A model generated the notes under the pieces. That model was not told the DNA's origin and did no database searches. It saw only the letters and a list, made by a program, of their open reading frames with translations. Below, one piece after another: positions 9,644 to 19,725 of a DNA stretch of 64,000 bases. Source of the DNA: an uncultured Planctomycetales bacterium (GTDB lineage: Bacteria; Omnitrophota; Gorgyraeia; Zapsychrales; Aceulaceae). The position numbers and the translations under genes were made by a program. Position 1 is the stretch's first letter. Every line of letters starts with the position of its first letter. The DNA lies in NCBI GenBank assembly GCA_964648665.1, contig CAZYOA010000007.1, forward strand, positions 4,943-68,942, given 5' to 3'.

Positions 9644-10723
9644 ATGAACAAAAATATAAATAAACAACCTTATAGTCATTTAAAGATCCTTTGGCATCCT
9701 GATAAGCTTCAGGCTTTAAGGGATGGTGTTATGACAGCTCCCCTCTATGTAAGAATAAAGCCAACGAATCGATGTAATCATCGATGTTTTTATTGTAGCT
9801 ATGCGGATAAGGATTTGAAGTTAAGAGAATCTGTTCAATCTTTTGATGAAATTCCATGGAAAATATTAAAAGAAGCTATTTCAGATTTGGCGGACATAAA
9901 GATAAAAGCTGTTACGTTTAGTGGTGGGGGAGAGCCTTTAATGTACCCTTATATTGAAGACGCCTTTAAGTTGATTTTAAAGAAAAAGATTGATCTTTCT
10001 TTGATTACAAATGGACAGTTGCTTTGCGGAAAGAAAGCAGATTTGTTATCTCGGGCAAAATGGGTAAGAATTTCAATGGATAGTTGCAAGTCAAAAACAT
10101 TTTCTAAGATTCGAGGAATTTCGGAAAAGAGTTTTCATGTTATTGCAACTAACATTCGAGCATTTGCAAAGAAGAAGAATAAAAGTTGCGAATTAGGCAT
10201 TAATTTTGTTGTGACTCATCAAAATGCAGATCAAGTTTATGATATGGCAAAATTTGTTAAAGGTTTGGGCGTTAATCATATTAAATATACAGCTCGAATT
10301 ACACGCAATTTATTTGCATATCATAAACCATTTAAGGATATAGTTGTTGAGCAAATTTATAAAGCTCAAAAAAAATTTGGTGATTCTACTTTTAAAACTG
10401 TTAATAAATATGAAGATGATTTTGTGCTTTCGATGAAGGCAAAACGAACATATCATTTTTGTCCAATGGTTCAAGTTTTGACGGTTATTGCCGCTGATTC
10501 TAAAGTTTATCTGTGTCACGATAAGGCGTATGTTCCAAGTGGAGAAATTGGCGATTTAAAGAAGAAGATGTTTAAAGAAATTTGGTTTTCATCAAAAACA
10601 AAGAAAATATTTAAGAATCTTGACCCAGTAAAACAGTGTCGGCATCATTGCGTTTATGATCAACGCAATATTTTTATTAATCAGATTATTTCTAAGCCAG
10701 ATAGCCATGCTAACTTTATTTAA
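9644..10723 (+). CDS. radical SAM enzyme (second)
   Basis: CX3CX2C motif CNHRCFYC, FSGGGEPLMYP, and Cys-rich C-terminus (CPMV..CHDKAY..CRHHC). Confidence 0.7.
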   Translation: MNKNINKQPYSHLKILWHPDKLQALRDGVMTAPLYVRIKPTNRCNHRCFYCSYADKDLKLRESVQSFDEIPWKILKEAISDLADIKIKAVTFSGGGEPLMYPYIEDAFKLILKKKIDLSLITNGQLLCGKKADLLSRAKWVRISMDSCKSKTFSKIRGISEKSFHVIATNIRAFAKKKNKSCELGINFVVTHQNADQVYDMAKFVKGLGVNHIKYTARITRNLFAYHKPFKDIVVEQIYKAQKKFGDSTFKTVNKYEDDFVLSMKAKRTYHFCPMVQVLTVIAADSKVYLCHDKAYVPSGEIGDLKKKMFKEIWFSSKTKKIFKNLDPVKQCRHHCVYDQRNIFINQIISKPDSHANFI

Positions 10724-12254
10724 AAATCTATTTTATAAAACTTTCAATTCAAAATATCGCATATTGGATATAGGAATTTTTGTTGGCTATGCAATATTTA
10801 CATTTTTGCTTGTTCTTCGTCATGAGCCATATATGGATGAGGCGCACTGTTGGCTTATCGCTCGCGATAGCATAAGTATAATTCATTTGATAAAGTTAAT
10901 CCCTTGGACAGGTCAGCCAATTTTATGGAATTTTATTTTATTTCCGTTTGCTCATCTAGGTTTTCCTTTTATCCTGCAGCAATTGTTAACTTGGGTTGCA
11001 GCTGTTTTAATGGTTGGGATTTTTGTATTTCGTTCACCATTTCCTAGATTTGTAAAATATGCATTTGTCTTTTCATTTTGGGCGATTTATGAATATGTCG
11101 CGGTTGCAAGAAATTATGGGTTGACGGCGGCACTACTTTTTCTTGTTGCTGTAATGTATAAGGATCGTTTTCAAAAACCAATTTTGTATGCTGTTTTTGT
11201 TGCCCTTCTTTTTAATTCACATTTCTTTATGTTTTTTATATCAAGTGCACTGGTAGGTGTTTATGCTTGGGAAATGATTCAAGATAAGAAAATTACTAAA
11301 AAAACTTTAATGGCTTTAAGCTTAATGTGCTTAACAGGATTTTTTTGTTTCTTTACAGGAACAATTTTTCCAGAGGGCCATCTTCAGTATAAAGAGATTG
11401 TTATCCCTAATTTTACTTATCCAGCTGAAATCTTTTCAAGAGCATTCTTTCCTCAAGAAATATTTTCGTCATTTTCTCTTTCAGCGATTTCTGCTGGTAT
11501 AATTCTTCTTATTTCATTCTTTCTTTTAGCGCGAATGCCAATTCCTTTCTTTATTCTCAATGTTTGTTTTTGGGGGTCATGGTATATTTCTGCATTTCGA
11601 TTTCATGAGTTTGGAGATCGTCATTGTGGATTAGTTTTGATGCAATTTATCTTTGTTCTATGGCTTACGTACTTATATAAACCGATGATTGTAAAAACAA
11701 AGTTTTTGCAGTGGATAAACAGGATTTCTTTTAAAAAAATACGTATTTTAATTTTGATTTTACTTGCATTGGCGCTGGGTTTTTCGGTTCAGAGATCTTA
11801 TCTATGTGCACGACTAGATTGGCAGTATCCTTTTTCAGCCTCTAGGCAAATGGCAAGTTTTATCAAAGAGATGCCAGAAGGCGTTGTTGCAAATAAAATA
11901 ATTGTTGGTTTTCCACCAGCTTCGATGGCGCCGGTTTCGATTTATTTGCCTGATTGGAAATTTTGGTATCCGGATATTGAAGATTTTGGAACATATTATA
12001 TGTTGAGTTCTTATCGAGATTCCAAAAAAGGAATGAGTCCTACTGAAATTATTGGTACAGCCGGAAAAAGATTTGGCGATCTATCGAAGATATTCTTTCT
12101 TTTTCCTCGTCCCTTGGAAGCGAAGCATGCATTTGGTTATGAATTTTATCTGGTTAAAGCTGCAAGTCCATTTTTAGTTGGGTACGGGGGAGAAAAGTAT
12201 TTCTTATATAAACCTGTTTTTGTGGGACCTTTTAATAAAAATACAGTAAAGTAG
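10707..12254 (+). CDS. polytopic membrane protein, ArnT/PMT-like GT-C glycosyltransferase candidate
   Basis: About 12 hydrophobic helices. An acidic motif sits in the first extracytoplasmic loop (HEPYMDEAHCWLIARD), as in GT-C enzymes. ATG 10707 is preferred over the track start 10656, which overlaps the upstream gene by 68 nt. Confidence 0.4.
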   Translation: MLTLFKNLFYKTFNSKYRILDIGIFVGYAIFTFLLVLRHEPYMDEAHCWLIARDSISIIHLIKLIPWTGQPILWNFILFPFAHLGFPFILQQLLTWVAAVLMVGIFVFRSPFPRFVKYAFVFSFWAIYEYVAVARNYGLTAALLFLVAVMYKDRFQKPILYAVFVALLFNSHFFMFFISSALVGVYAWEMIQDKKITKKTLMALSLMCLTGFFCFFTGTIFPEGHLQYKEIVIPNFTYPAEIFSRAFFPQEIFSSFSLSAISAGIILLISFFLLARMPIPFFILNVCFWGSWYISAFRFHEFGDRHCGLVLMQFIFVLWLTYLYKPMIVKTKFLQWINRISFKKIRILILILLALALGFSVQRSYLCARLDWQYPFSASRQMASFIKEMPEGVVANKIIVGFPPASMAPVSIYLPDWKFWYPDIEDFGTYYMLSSYRDSKKGMSPTEIIGTAGKRFGDLSKIFFLFPRPLEAKHAFGYEFYLVKAASPFLVGYGGEKYFLYKPVFVGPFNKNTVK

Positions 12255-12261
12255 AATTATT

Positions 12262-12918
12262 ATGTCTGAAATTAATTTGCTTAAAAATTATCCTCAAACA
12301 AAAAGAAATCTTGATCAACGCATCGAAGAGAAAACAGAAGATGTTCGATTGATTGCGCGAGAATTCGGGAAAGATTTCTTTGATGGTGATCGAAAATATG
12401 GATACGGAGGGTATTTTTATAATTCAAGATTTTGGCAACCTGTTGTCTCAGATTTCAAGATGTATTATAGTCTCTCATCAAGTAGTCGTATTTTAGATGT
12501 TGGGTGCGGTAAGGGGTTTATGCTTTATGATTTTATGCAATTAATGCCCGGTATTAAGATTCGCGGAGTTGATGTATCTGAATATGCTATTGATAATGCA
12601 AAACAAGAAGTAAAACCTTTTTTAGAGATTTGCGATGCATCAAGTTTACCGTTTGAGGATAGTTCATTTGATTTGGTCATTTCAATCAACACTGTTCATA
12701 ATCTAGAAAGACAAAAGTGTTCTAAAGCGATTCAGGAAATTCAAAGAGTATCAAAAAAAGATTGTTTTATTACTGTTGATGCTTATCAAAACGAAGAAGA
12801 AAAAAAGAAGATGGATGCGTGGAATTTAACAGCCTTAACATATATGTCGGTTGATGAGTGGAAAGAATTCTTTGAAGAAGCTGGGTATCAAGGGGATTAT
12901 TTCTGGTTTATACCATAA
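12262..12918 (+). CDS. class I SAM-dependent methyltransferase
   Basis: Motif I ILDVGCGKGFML, with post-I and motif II (DLVISINTVHN). Confidence 0.7.
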   Translation: MSEINLLKNYPQTKRNLDQRIEEKTEDVRLIAREFGKDFFDGDRKYGYGGYFYNSRFWQPVVSDFKMYYSLSSSSRILDVGCGKGFMLYDFMQLMPGIKIRGVDVSEYAIDNAKQEVKPFLEICDASSLPFEDSSFDLVISINTVHNLERQKCSKAIQEIQRVSKKDCFITVDAYQNEEEKKKMDAWNLTALTYMSVDEWKEFFEEAGYQGDYFWFIP

Positions 12919-12946
12919 AATAGAAATTTTAAGGAAATTTAAGAGA

Positions 12947-13900
12947 ATGAATCAAGCAACAAGAAAAAAACTTTTTTTATCAATGCTTAAAATTCGTAGA
13001 GTTGAAGAGCAAGTTGTTTCTGTTTATGGTCAGAAACAAATGCGTACACCAACTCATTTATCGATTGGGCAAGAAGCTGTAGCTGTTGGTGTTTGTGGAG
13101 CCTTAAAAAAGAATGATCAGGTTTTTGCTTCGCATCGATGTCATGCGGCATTTTTAGCTCGCGGTGGATCTGTTGATCAGTTTTTCTTGGAGATGTGTGG
13201 GCGAAAAGGGGGAATTAATCAGGGTCGAGGGGGATCGGCTCATCTTTCGGATTCTTCAATAGGATTCTTTTCTTCACCAATTTTAGGTGGCATGGTTCCT
13301 GTGGCAACAGGGGCAGCTCTTTCATTTCAATTAAATAAGACGAAGAATGTTGCGGTTGTTTTCTCTGGTGATGCAGGATTGGAAGAAGGTGTTTTTGCTG
13401 AGAGTGTAAATTTTGCTCTTCTTAAGAAACTTCCTATTATTTTTATTTGTGAAAATAATTTGTATTCAACAAATACTCATATTCGTTATCGACAGCCTAA
13501 AATTCCAATTTTTAAAAGAGTTTCAGGTTTGCTTAAGCCAAGGCAAGTTGATGGTAATGATGTTCAAAAGGTTTATGCAGCTGCTAAAAGTGTTGTAGAT
13601 TCTTGCCGAGAAGGAAAAGGGCCATTTTTTTTAGAATTCTTAACGTATAGATTTAGAGAACATGTTGGACCTTTGTACGATTATAATGTTGGATATCGTA
13701 CGAAAAAAGAAGTGTTTGATTGGGAGAAGAAATGTCCTGTTTTGCAGAGTAAAAGGAAAATATTGAAAGAAAAGATTATGAGTGCGAAAGCGATTGAGCT
13801 TGTGGATCAGAAACTGATTGCTGAATTTAAACAATCTTATGTAAAAGCACTTAAAGGTTCGTGGCCGGCTAAAAAAGATTTGGCTAGAGGAGTGTATTGA
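12947..13900 (+). CDS. ThDP-dependent 2-oxoacid dehydrogenase/acetoin-dehydrogenase-type E1 alpha subunit
   Basis: N-terminus LFLSMLKIRRVEEQV..THLSIGQEAVAVG. ThDP motif GDAGLEEGVFAESVNFALLKKLPIIFICENNLYS. ATG 12947 is preferred over the track start 12851. Confidence 0.75.
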   Translation: MNQATRKKLFLSMLKIRRVEEQVVSVYGQKQMRTPTHLSIGQEAVAVGVCGALKKNDQVFASHRCHAAFLARGGSVDQFFLEMCGRKGGINQGRGGSAHLSDSSIGFFSSPILGGMVPVATGAALSFQLNKTKNVAVVFSGDAGLEEGVFAESVNFALLKKLPIIFICENNLYSTNTHIRYRQPKIPIFKRVSGLLKPRQVDGNDVQKVYAAAKSVVDSCREGKGPFFLEFLTYRFREHVGPLYDYNVGYRTKKEVFDWEKKCPVLQSKRKILKEKIMSAKAIELVDQKLIAEFKQSYVKALKGSWPAKKDLARGVY

Positions 13901-13902
13901 TT

Positions 13903-14940
13903 ATGGCTAGACAGATGACATATGCACAGGCAATTTCTGAGGCAACGGTTCAAGGAATGCAAAAAGATTCGAATGTTCTTGTTATGGGTTTGGGTGTCGA
14001 CGATCCTAAGGGCATTTTTGGCACAACGCTTGAGGCTCGAAAGAAGTTTGGATTAAATCGCGTTATCAGTACGCCGGCAAGTGAAAATGCAATGACAGGC
14101 GTTGCCATTGGTGCAGCTTTAAATGGGAAAAGGCCTATTTTTGTTCATGCTCGTAATGATTTTATGTTTTTAGCTTTAGATCAGATTATTAATAATGCTT
14201 CAAAGTGGAAATATGTTTATGGTGAGAATTCGAATGTGCCGATTGTTGTACGGGGAATTATTGGAAAAGGCTGGGGACAGGGCCCAACGCATTCTCAAAG
14301 TATTCAGTCTATAGTTGCTCATTTTCCTGGACTATATGTTGCGATGCCGAGCACACCTTATATCGCAAAAGGTATTTTGCTTAAAAGCTTAGAGTTAAAT
14401 GTTCCTGTTGTTATTTTTGAGCATAGAAGGTTGTATGATTTTAAACAAGATGTTCCGACGGGGAAATATGTTCTTGATTTTGGAAAAGCAAAGATTTTTA
14501 AGAGAGGAAAAGATGTGACTGTTGTTGCAACATCGATTTTGGTTCATCAGGCTTTAAGGGCAGCTAAAATTGTTTCTAAGTTTGGAATTAGTGTCGAAGT
14601 TGTTGATCCTATTACAATTTCTCCGTTAGATGAAAAAACGATTATTTCTTCGGTTAAGAAAACAGGACGCCTGGTGTGCGCAGATACAAGCTGGCTTCGC
14701 TGTGGTGTTGCAAGTGAAATATCGGCTGTTGTTGCCGAAAAGGCATTTCAGTTTTTAAAAGCGCCAATTAAACGAATTGCTTTGCCTGAGTGCCCATGTC
14801 CTGTATCGCGTCAGCTAGAGGATTTCTTTTATAAAGATTATCAAGATATTGTTCGTGCGTGTTTTCAATCTGTAGGCAAGAAAATGCCAGTTAATTTGAT
14901 TAAAGAAAAAGAAGAAGATCCTTTTTTAGGTCCCTATTAA
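13903..14940 (+). CDS. E1 beta subunit (transketolase-like pyrimidine-binding + C-terminal domains)
   Basis: MTYAQAISEA..VLVMGLGVDDPKGIFGTT..VISTPASENAMTGVAIGAAL is typical of E1 beta. It lies immediately downstream of E1 alpha. Confidence 0.75.
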   Translation: MARQMTYAQAISEATVQGMQKDSNVLVMGLGVDDPKGIFGTTLEARKKFGLNRVISTPASENAMTGVAIGAALNGKRPIFVHARNDFMFLALDQIINNASKWKYVYGENSNVPIVVRGIIGKGWGQGPTHSQSIQSIVAHFPGLYVAMPSTPYIAKGILLKSLELNVPVVIFEHRRLYDFKQDVPTGKYVLDFGKAKIFKRGKDVTVVATSILVHQALRAAKIVSKFGISVEVVDPITISPLDEKTIISSVKKTGRLVCADTSWLRCGVASEISAVVAEKAFQFLKAPIKRIALPECPCPVSRQLEDFFYKDYQDIVRACFQSVGKKMPVNLIKEKEEDPFLGPY

Positions 14941-14962
14941 TTCATAAAATTTAAGGTATTGC

Positions 14963-16027
14963 ATGAAAAGCTTTAAAAATCAACTTTTTCATCTAAAGCA
15001 TGAAATTTTAACAGAATTGTTGTATCGCATTCCAGGATTGTTACCTCATCGCTATGTTTTTATTCTGACAAATTTATGTAATCTTAATTGTTCTTTTTGT
15101 TTTCAGAAGAAAACAAGATCTCCTGACGCTATGTTGACTGAGGATTGGCTAAATTTAGCTAATCAACTTCCTAGCTATGCACGCGTGACGTTAACGGGAG
15201 GCGAGCCTTTAATCTTCGAAGGATTTGATCGAGTTTTTGATCAGGTCGCTTCGCGATTTGATTGTAACATGATTACAAATGGTATTTTGTTAACGGAAGA
15301 AAAGATTGATCGAATGCTTTCATATCCGCGCTTTAAGATTTTAGCGATTTCCATTGATGATATCGGCAATCATTCAAGGGGTGTTTCTCGGGTGCAATGG
15401 GATCATGTGAAAAAAATGATTCAATATTTCAGAGAAGCGAAGAAGAAAAAGAAATCGAAATGCCTTTTGGATATTAAAACAATTATTCTTGATGAGAATG
15501 CGGATCAACTTTTTGAGATTCATAAATATTGTATTGAAAAATTGCAATGCGATAATCACTCAATACAATTTCTAAAAGGATCATCTCTTCAACATGCAGA
15601 TGTTATGGTTAAAATGGAGGATATCTTTTTAGAAGCAAAGGCTTCGGTTTATAAAAAGTTTGATATCATTCTAGGTCAAATTGATAAGATTCGTAGTTAT
15701 GCTCAAAAGTCTAAGAAAAATGTTTTTTTACATCCCAAAGTTCTTGATTTGACAAGCAATGATCCTGTTTCAAAGATTTCTTATTTGAATGAAGAAAAGC
15801 ATATTAAGGATAGATTTTGTTTATGCCGATTTCCGTGGTCGAGTGTTCATGTTAATTCTGATGGTCATCTGTTTCCGTGCATGGCTGTTTCTATGGGCAA
15901 TGTAAAAAATGAAAGTTTAAAATTAATTATTGGTTCAGAATCTTCTAAAAAATTTAGAGAGATTATAAGAAAGGAAAAAACTGTCAACGGCTGCAATCGC
16001 TGTGGATGGTTGCGCCCTGTTTTATGA
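14963..16027 (+). CDS. radical SAM enzyme with SPASM/twitch-like C-terminus (third)
   Basis: CNLNCSFC CX3CX2C motif, LTGGEPLIF, and C-terminal CRFPW..FPCMAV..CNRCGW. Confidence 0.7.
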   Translation: MKSFKNQLFHLKHEILTELLYRIPGLLPHRYVFILTNLCNLNCSFCFQKKTRSPDAMLTEDWLNLANQLPSYARVTLTGGEPLIFEGFDRVFDQVASRFDCNMITNGILLTEEKIDRMLSYPRFKILAISIDDIGNHSRGVSRVQWDHVKKMIQYFREAKKKKKSKCLLDIKTIILDENADQLFEIHKYCIEKLQCDNHSIQFLKGSSLQHADVMVKMEDIFLEAKASVYKKFDIILGQIDKIRSYAQKSKKNVFLHPKVLDLTSNDPVSKISYLNEEKHIKDRFCLCRFPWSSVHVNSDGHLFPCMAVSMGNVKNESLKLIIGSESSKKFREIIRKEKTVNGCNRCGWLRPVL

Positions 16028-16806
16028 AAAAAAAATATATGCATAAATTGTTACCCAAATTATTTCATATTTTAAATTATGATACTTTTCATGGAAAAAT
16101 ATTCTCGTTTCTTGTGTCATTATTTCAAATGATTAAGATATTTATTTGTCGTCCTTCTTTAAAATGGTTTTCTTTGTTTAAATTAGTTTTTATTGTTAAG
16201 CCGTTTTATTCTCAGCTTTCAGCTCAACGATTGCTTAATCTTTATCGGCTTGGCGAAGAAGTAAACGCTCTTGGCTTAAAGGGAGATGTGGTAGAGTGTG
16301 GTGTTTGGAACGGTGGCTCTGCAGCAATGATAGCCAGAGGGCTTGATATGCATAAATCTCTAACAAGCCGAAACATTTGGCTTTTTGATTCGTTCGAAGG
16401 CCTTCCTCAGCCAACTGAGCGAGATGATAAGCAAAACAATAAGTATTATTTTGAAGGCGTATGTACAGGAAATGAAAAGAATGTGGATATGATTTTTAAT
16501 AAAATGAACATTTCAAAAGAAAGAGTAAAAATTGTCAAAGGATGGATTAAAGATACTTTTTTAAATACAAAAATTGAAGAAATAAGTCTCTTGCATGTTG
16601 ATATGGATTGGTTTGATTCTATCGAGCTTGTATTAGAACATTTTTATGAGAATGTTGTAAAGGGTGGTTTTGTTGTTATTGATGATTATTATACGCTGCA
16701 AGGCTGTCATGATGCGGTGAATAGTTTTTTAAAAAGAAAAAATCTTCAAGATAGCGTAGATATTATTAAAGTTGATTGGAACGGTGTATATTTTTGCAAA
16801 CCTTAA
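16024..16806 (+). CDS. TylF/macrocin-O-methyltransferase-family methyltransferase
   Basis: GDVVECGVWNGGSAAMIA, LFDSFEGLP and LHVDMDWFDS motifs. ATG 16024 forms an ATGA overlap with the upstream stop. Confidence 0.6.
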   Translation: MKKKYMHKLLPKLFHILNYDTFHGKIFSFLVSLFQMIKIFICRPSLKWFSLFKLVFIVKPFYSQLSAQRLLNLYRLGEEVNALGLKGDVVECGVWNGGSAAMIARGLDMHKSLTSRNIWLFDSFEGLPQPTERDDKQNNKYYFEGVCTGNEKNVDMIFNKMNISKERVKIVKGWIKDTFLNTKIEEISLLHVDMDWFDSIELVLEHFYENVVKGGFVVIDDYYTLQGCHDAVNSFLKRKNLQDSVDIIKVDWNGVYFCKP

Positions 16807-16824
16807 GGATTTATATTTAAAATT

Positions 16825-17739
16825 ATGAAAAATAACAGAAATATTATAGTCTTGGGATCGACTGGGTTTATTGGAAGCGTAATTTTCAAGCATCTTCAAG
16901 AGATTTTTAAAAAAGATAATGTTGCGGGGTTTTCGTCTAAGAACTGTAATTTATTTAATTTACCTATTGTCAAAAAGAAGTTGTTGTGTTTAAAGAAGAA
17001 GGATGTCTTGATTATCGCATCGTCGATATCAAGAACATCAGAGAACAGTCTTGATTCGATGCAAAAGAATATTTTAATGGTGGAAAATATTATAAAAGGG
17101 CTTAATCAAGAATTTATTGGGCAGATTATATATTTAAGTAGCGTCGATGTCTATGGTGTTAAGAAAAAGGACAAAGATGATCTGTCTCTTCGAAGAAAAA
17201 CAATGGATGAGAGTAGCTCGTTGTTTATTGATGATTATTATAGTATGGGGAAAATGGTTAGTGAATTCTTGCTTAAAAATCAATCATTGTCCGGTGGATT
17301 TTCTTTATCTGTTTTGCGCCTCCCAGGAGTTTATGGCTTAGGGGATAAACAAAAAAGTTTAGTTGGTTTGTTTTCTAAGAAATTCTTAGATGATGGGTTT
17401 GTTGAGATTAAGGGAACTGGGAAAATTTTGAGAAATTATGTCTATGTTGAAGATATAAGTAAGGTTGTTGAAAAATGCATCAAGAAAAAAACAAAAGGCA
17501 TTTTTAATATTGTTTCGAAGAAAAGCTTATCGATTTTGGCAATTGCCAAAATCTTAAAGAAATTGTTAAATCCAAAAGCAAAAATTAATTTTAAAACTAA
17601 ATCTATTTCATCAGAAAAAAGAGATCGAGATATTCTTTTTAACAATAAGAGGCTAGAGACTGTTTTTGGAAAAACTGTTGTTTTTTCAATGGAATCTGGA
17701 ATTAAAGAATATTCTTTAAATTATAAAAATGAGTGTTAA
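16825..17739 (+). CDS. NAD(P)-dependent sugar epimerase/ketoreductase (RmlD-like)
   Basis: VLGSTGFIGS Rossmann motif and YSMGK catalytic YxxxK. Confidence 0.6.
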   Translation: MKNNRNIIVLGSTGFIGSVIFKHLQEIFKKDNVAGFSSKNCNLFNLPIVKKKLLCLKKKDVLIIASSISRTSENSLDSMQKNILMVENIIKGLNQEFIGQIIYLSSVDVYGVKKKDKDDLSLRRKTMDESSSLFIDDYYSMGKMVSEFLLKNQSLSGGFSLSVLRLPGVYGLGDKQKSLVGLFSKKFLDDGFVEIKGTGKILRNYVYVEDISKVVEKCIKKKTKGIFNIVSKKSLSILAIAKILKKLLNPKAKINFKTKSISSEKRDRDILFNNKRLETVFGKTVVFSMESGIKEYSLNYKNEC

Positions 17740-18937
17740 TCCTTTCGCCTATATGCAGAGAACATGTTGTTCAGTTTGCAACGAAAAGCTTATTCGTTCA
17801 GTGCTTGATTTTCCTGCGCTTCCGGTTTTGACAGGCGTTTTTACTAAGCAAAAACCTGAAACACAAGATCTTGGATTGGATCAAAGTTTTTTCTTTTGTT
17901 TAAAGTGTGGTCATGGGCAGATTTCAACTGTTATCGATCCAAGTTTTCTGTACAATCAAGATTATAGCTTCAAGACATCTTCGAGTAAGACGGCAACGCG
18001 AGAATTAGAAAAATTTGTTAATTTTCTAGAAAAAGTATCTTTAAATCGTATTTTTAATAAAGTTGTTGATATCGGATGCAACGATTTATATTTACTGAAA
18101 CGTCTTAAGAATAAAGCTAAAGGTTTTTGTGGAGTCGATATGATGCAAGGCTTTGAGGATAGCCAAGAAAATAATTCATCAATAAATTTGATTGCAAAAA
18201 AGGCTGAAGATCTTCAGCCAGATGATTTTGAAAATGAATGTCCTGACCTTGTTGTATCTACACATATGCTTGAACATGTTCAAGAACCAAAAGAAGTTCT
18301 TTGTAACTTGATGCGTTGCGCAGATAAAGATGCTTTGTTTATTTTTGAAGTTCCTTGTTTAGAGCAGATGCTTCAAAGCTATCGATTTGATCGTATTTTT
18401 CATCAGCACTTGCAATATTTTTCATTAACATCTTTTAAAAATCTTTTGAGTCTTGCTGGAGCTGAATATATTGATCATTGTTACAATCCTTCTCATTGGG
18501 GATCTATGATGATTGCATTTAAAAAGAAAACAAATTCTTCTGGTGGAGAAGAGATTTGTTCTAATAAAGATTTGTCAGATGAAATAAGATCTCGATATGA
18601 TATTTTTAGAAAAAATATGAATATAATTTCTAAGGAAATACGCCAGCAAGAGAAGGGATCTGTTGTTGGTTATGGTGCGTCTAATATGCTTCCGATTTTG
18701 TTTTATCATCTTGGGCTAAGAGACAATCTTCTTGATTTAGTTTTCGATGATGATATTATGAAAAATGATCTTTATTTCCAAGGGCTTGGGGTGCGTGTTG
18801 AGAATTTAAGTCAACTTGAACGATTGAAGCATAAAGTTGTTGTTGTGACGGCCTTGGATCATATTGATATTATCACAAAAAAGGTTTTAAATTTTTCTGT
18901 AAATAAAGTTATCGTACCATTGCAAGATTTACCTTAA
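17729..18937 (+). CDS. NDP-hexose C-methyltransferase-type enzyme (TylCIII/NovU-like architecture)
   Basis: N-terminal Zn-ribbon-like CCSVCNEK..CLKCGHG, a central class I methyltransferase motif VVDIGCNDLYLL, and an extra C-terminal domain. This is the three-part layout of sugar C-methyltransferases. Confidence 0.55.
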   Translation: MSVNPFAYMQRTCCSVCNEKLIRSVLDFPALPVLTGVFTKQKPETQDLGLDQSFFFCLKCGHGQISTVIDPSFLYNQDYSFKTSSSKTATRELEKFVNFLEKVSLNRIFNKVVDIGCNDLYLLKRLKNKAKGFCGVDMMQGFEDSQENNSSINLIAKKAEDLQPDDFENECPDLVVSTHMLEHVQEPKEVLCNLMRCADKDALFIFEVPCLEQMLQSYRFDRIFHQHLQYFSLTSFKNLLSLAGAEYIDHCYNPSHWGSMMIAFKKKTNSSGGEEICSNKDLSDEIRSRYDIFRKNMNIISKEIRQQEKGSVVGYGASNMLPILFYHLGLRDNLLDLVFDDDIMKNDLYFQGLGVRVENLSQLERLKHKVVVVTALDHIDIITKKVLNFSVNKVIVPLQDLP

Positions 18938-18948
18938 AGGAGTTTTAA

Positions 18949-19725
18949 ATGGACTTAGGATTAAAGAATAAGATAGCGCTGATTACAGGGGCTGGCAGAG
19001 GCATTGGAAGGGCTACAGCATTAGGTCTCGCTAAAGAAGGATGCAAAATCGTTGTTGTTTCTCGAACAAAAAACGATCTTGATCAAGTGGTTAAGGAGGC
19101 CGGGGGAAAGAAAAAAGGACATGTTGCCATTGCTCTTGATTTAACGAAGAAGGGATCGCCTAAGAAACTTGTATCATTTCTAAAAGCTAAAATTGGTTTG
19201 CCTCAGATTATTATTCATAATTTAGGCGGTGCGTTAAATGTTCGAGACCATTTTTGTTCAATGGCGGATTTTAATAAAATTTATCGACTTAATTTTGAAG
19301 TTGCTGTTGAGCTTAATCTCGATTTGCTTCCTATTATGCAAAAAAAGAAATGGGGAAGAGTTATTCATGTTTCTTCCATAGCGGGTGCTGAAAATCAAGG
19401 GCCCATTCCCTATTGTTGTGCAAAAGCAGCTTTAAATGCATATGTCAGAAGCATGGGTGGCGTTGTTGGTCGCGACAATGTTGTCTTGTCTTCCGTGTTG
19501 CCAGGAGCTGTTTTTACAGAAAAAGGATATTGGGATCATCAATTTAAGCATAATCGTTCTTCGGTTAAGAAATTCTTGAGTGATCGTCAACGTATTGGAC
19601 GATTTGGAACGCCTGAAGAGATTGCAAATATGGTTGTTTTTTTGAGTTCAGAGTTAGCTTCTTTTAATACTGGGAGCATTATTCCTATTGATGGAGCGCA
19701 GGGAAGAGGGTATTTTGAGCAATAA
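18949..19725 (+). CDS. short-chain dehydrogenase/reductase
   Basis: TGAGRGIGRA cofactor motif, catalytic YCCAK, NLGG. Confidence 0.8.
   Translation: MDLGLKNKIALITGAGRGIGRATALGLAKEGCKIVVVSRTKNDLDQVVKEAGGKKKGHVAIALDLTKKGSPKKLVSFLKAKIGLPQIIIHNLGGALNVRDHFCSMADFNKIYRLNFEVAVELNLDLLPIMQKKKWGRVIHVSSIAGAENQGPIPYCCAKAALNAYVRSMGGVVGRDNVVLSSVLPGAVFTEKGYWDHQFKHNRSSVKKFLSDRQRIGRFGTPEEIANMVVFLSSELASFNTGSIIPIDGAQGRGYFEQ

Noticed and set aside
10656-16023. Long N-terminal extensions in the track (starts at 10656, 12851 and 16006) that overlap upstream genes by 20-70 nt.
   Set aside because: Downstream ATGs (10707, 12947, 16024) give N-termini matching family norms and remove or minimise the overlaps. The extensions are treated as artefacts of longest-ORF calling.
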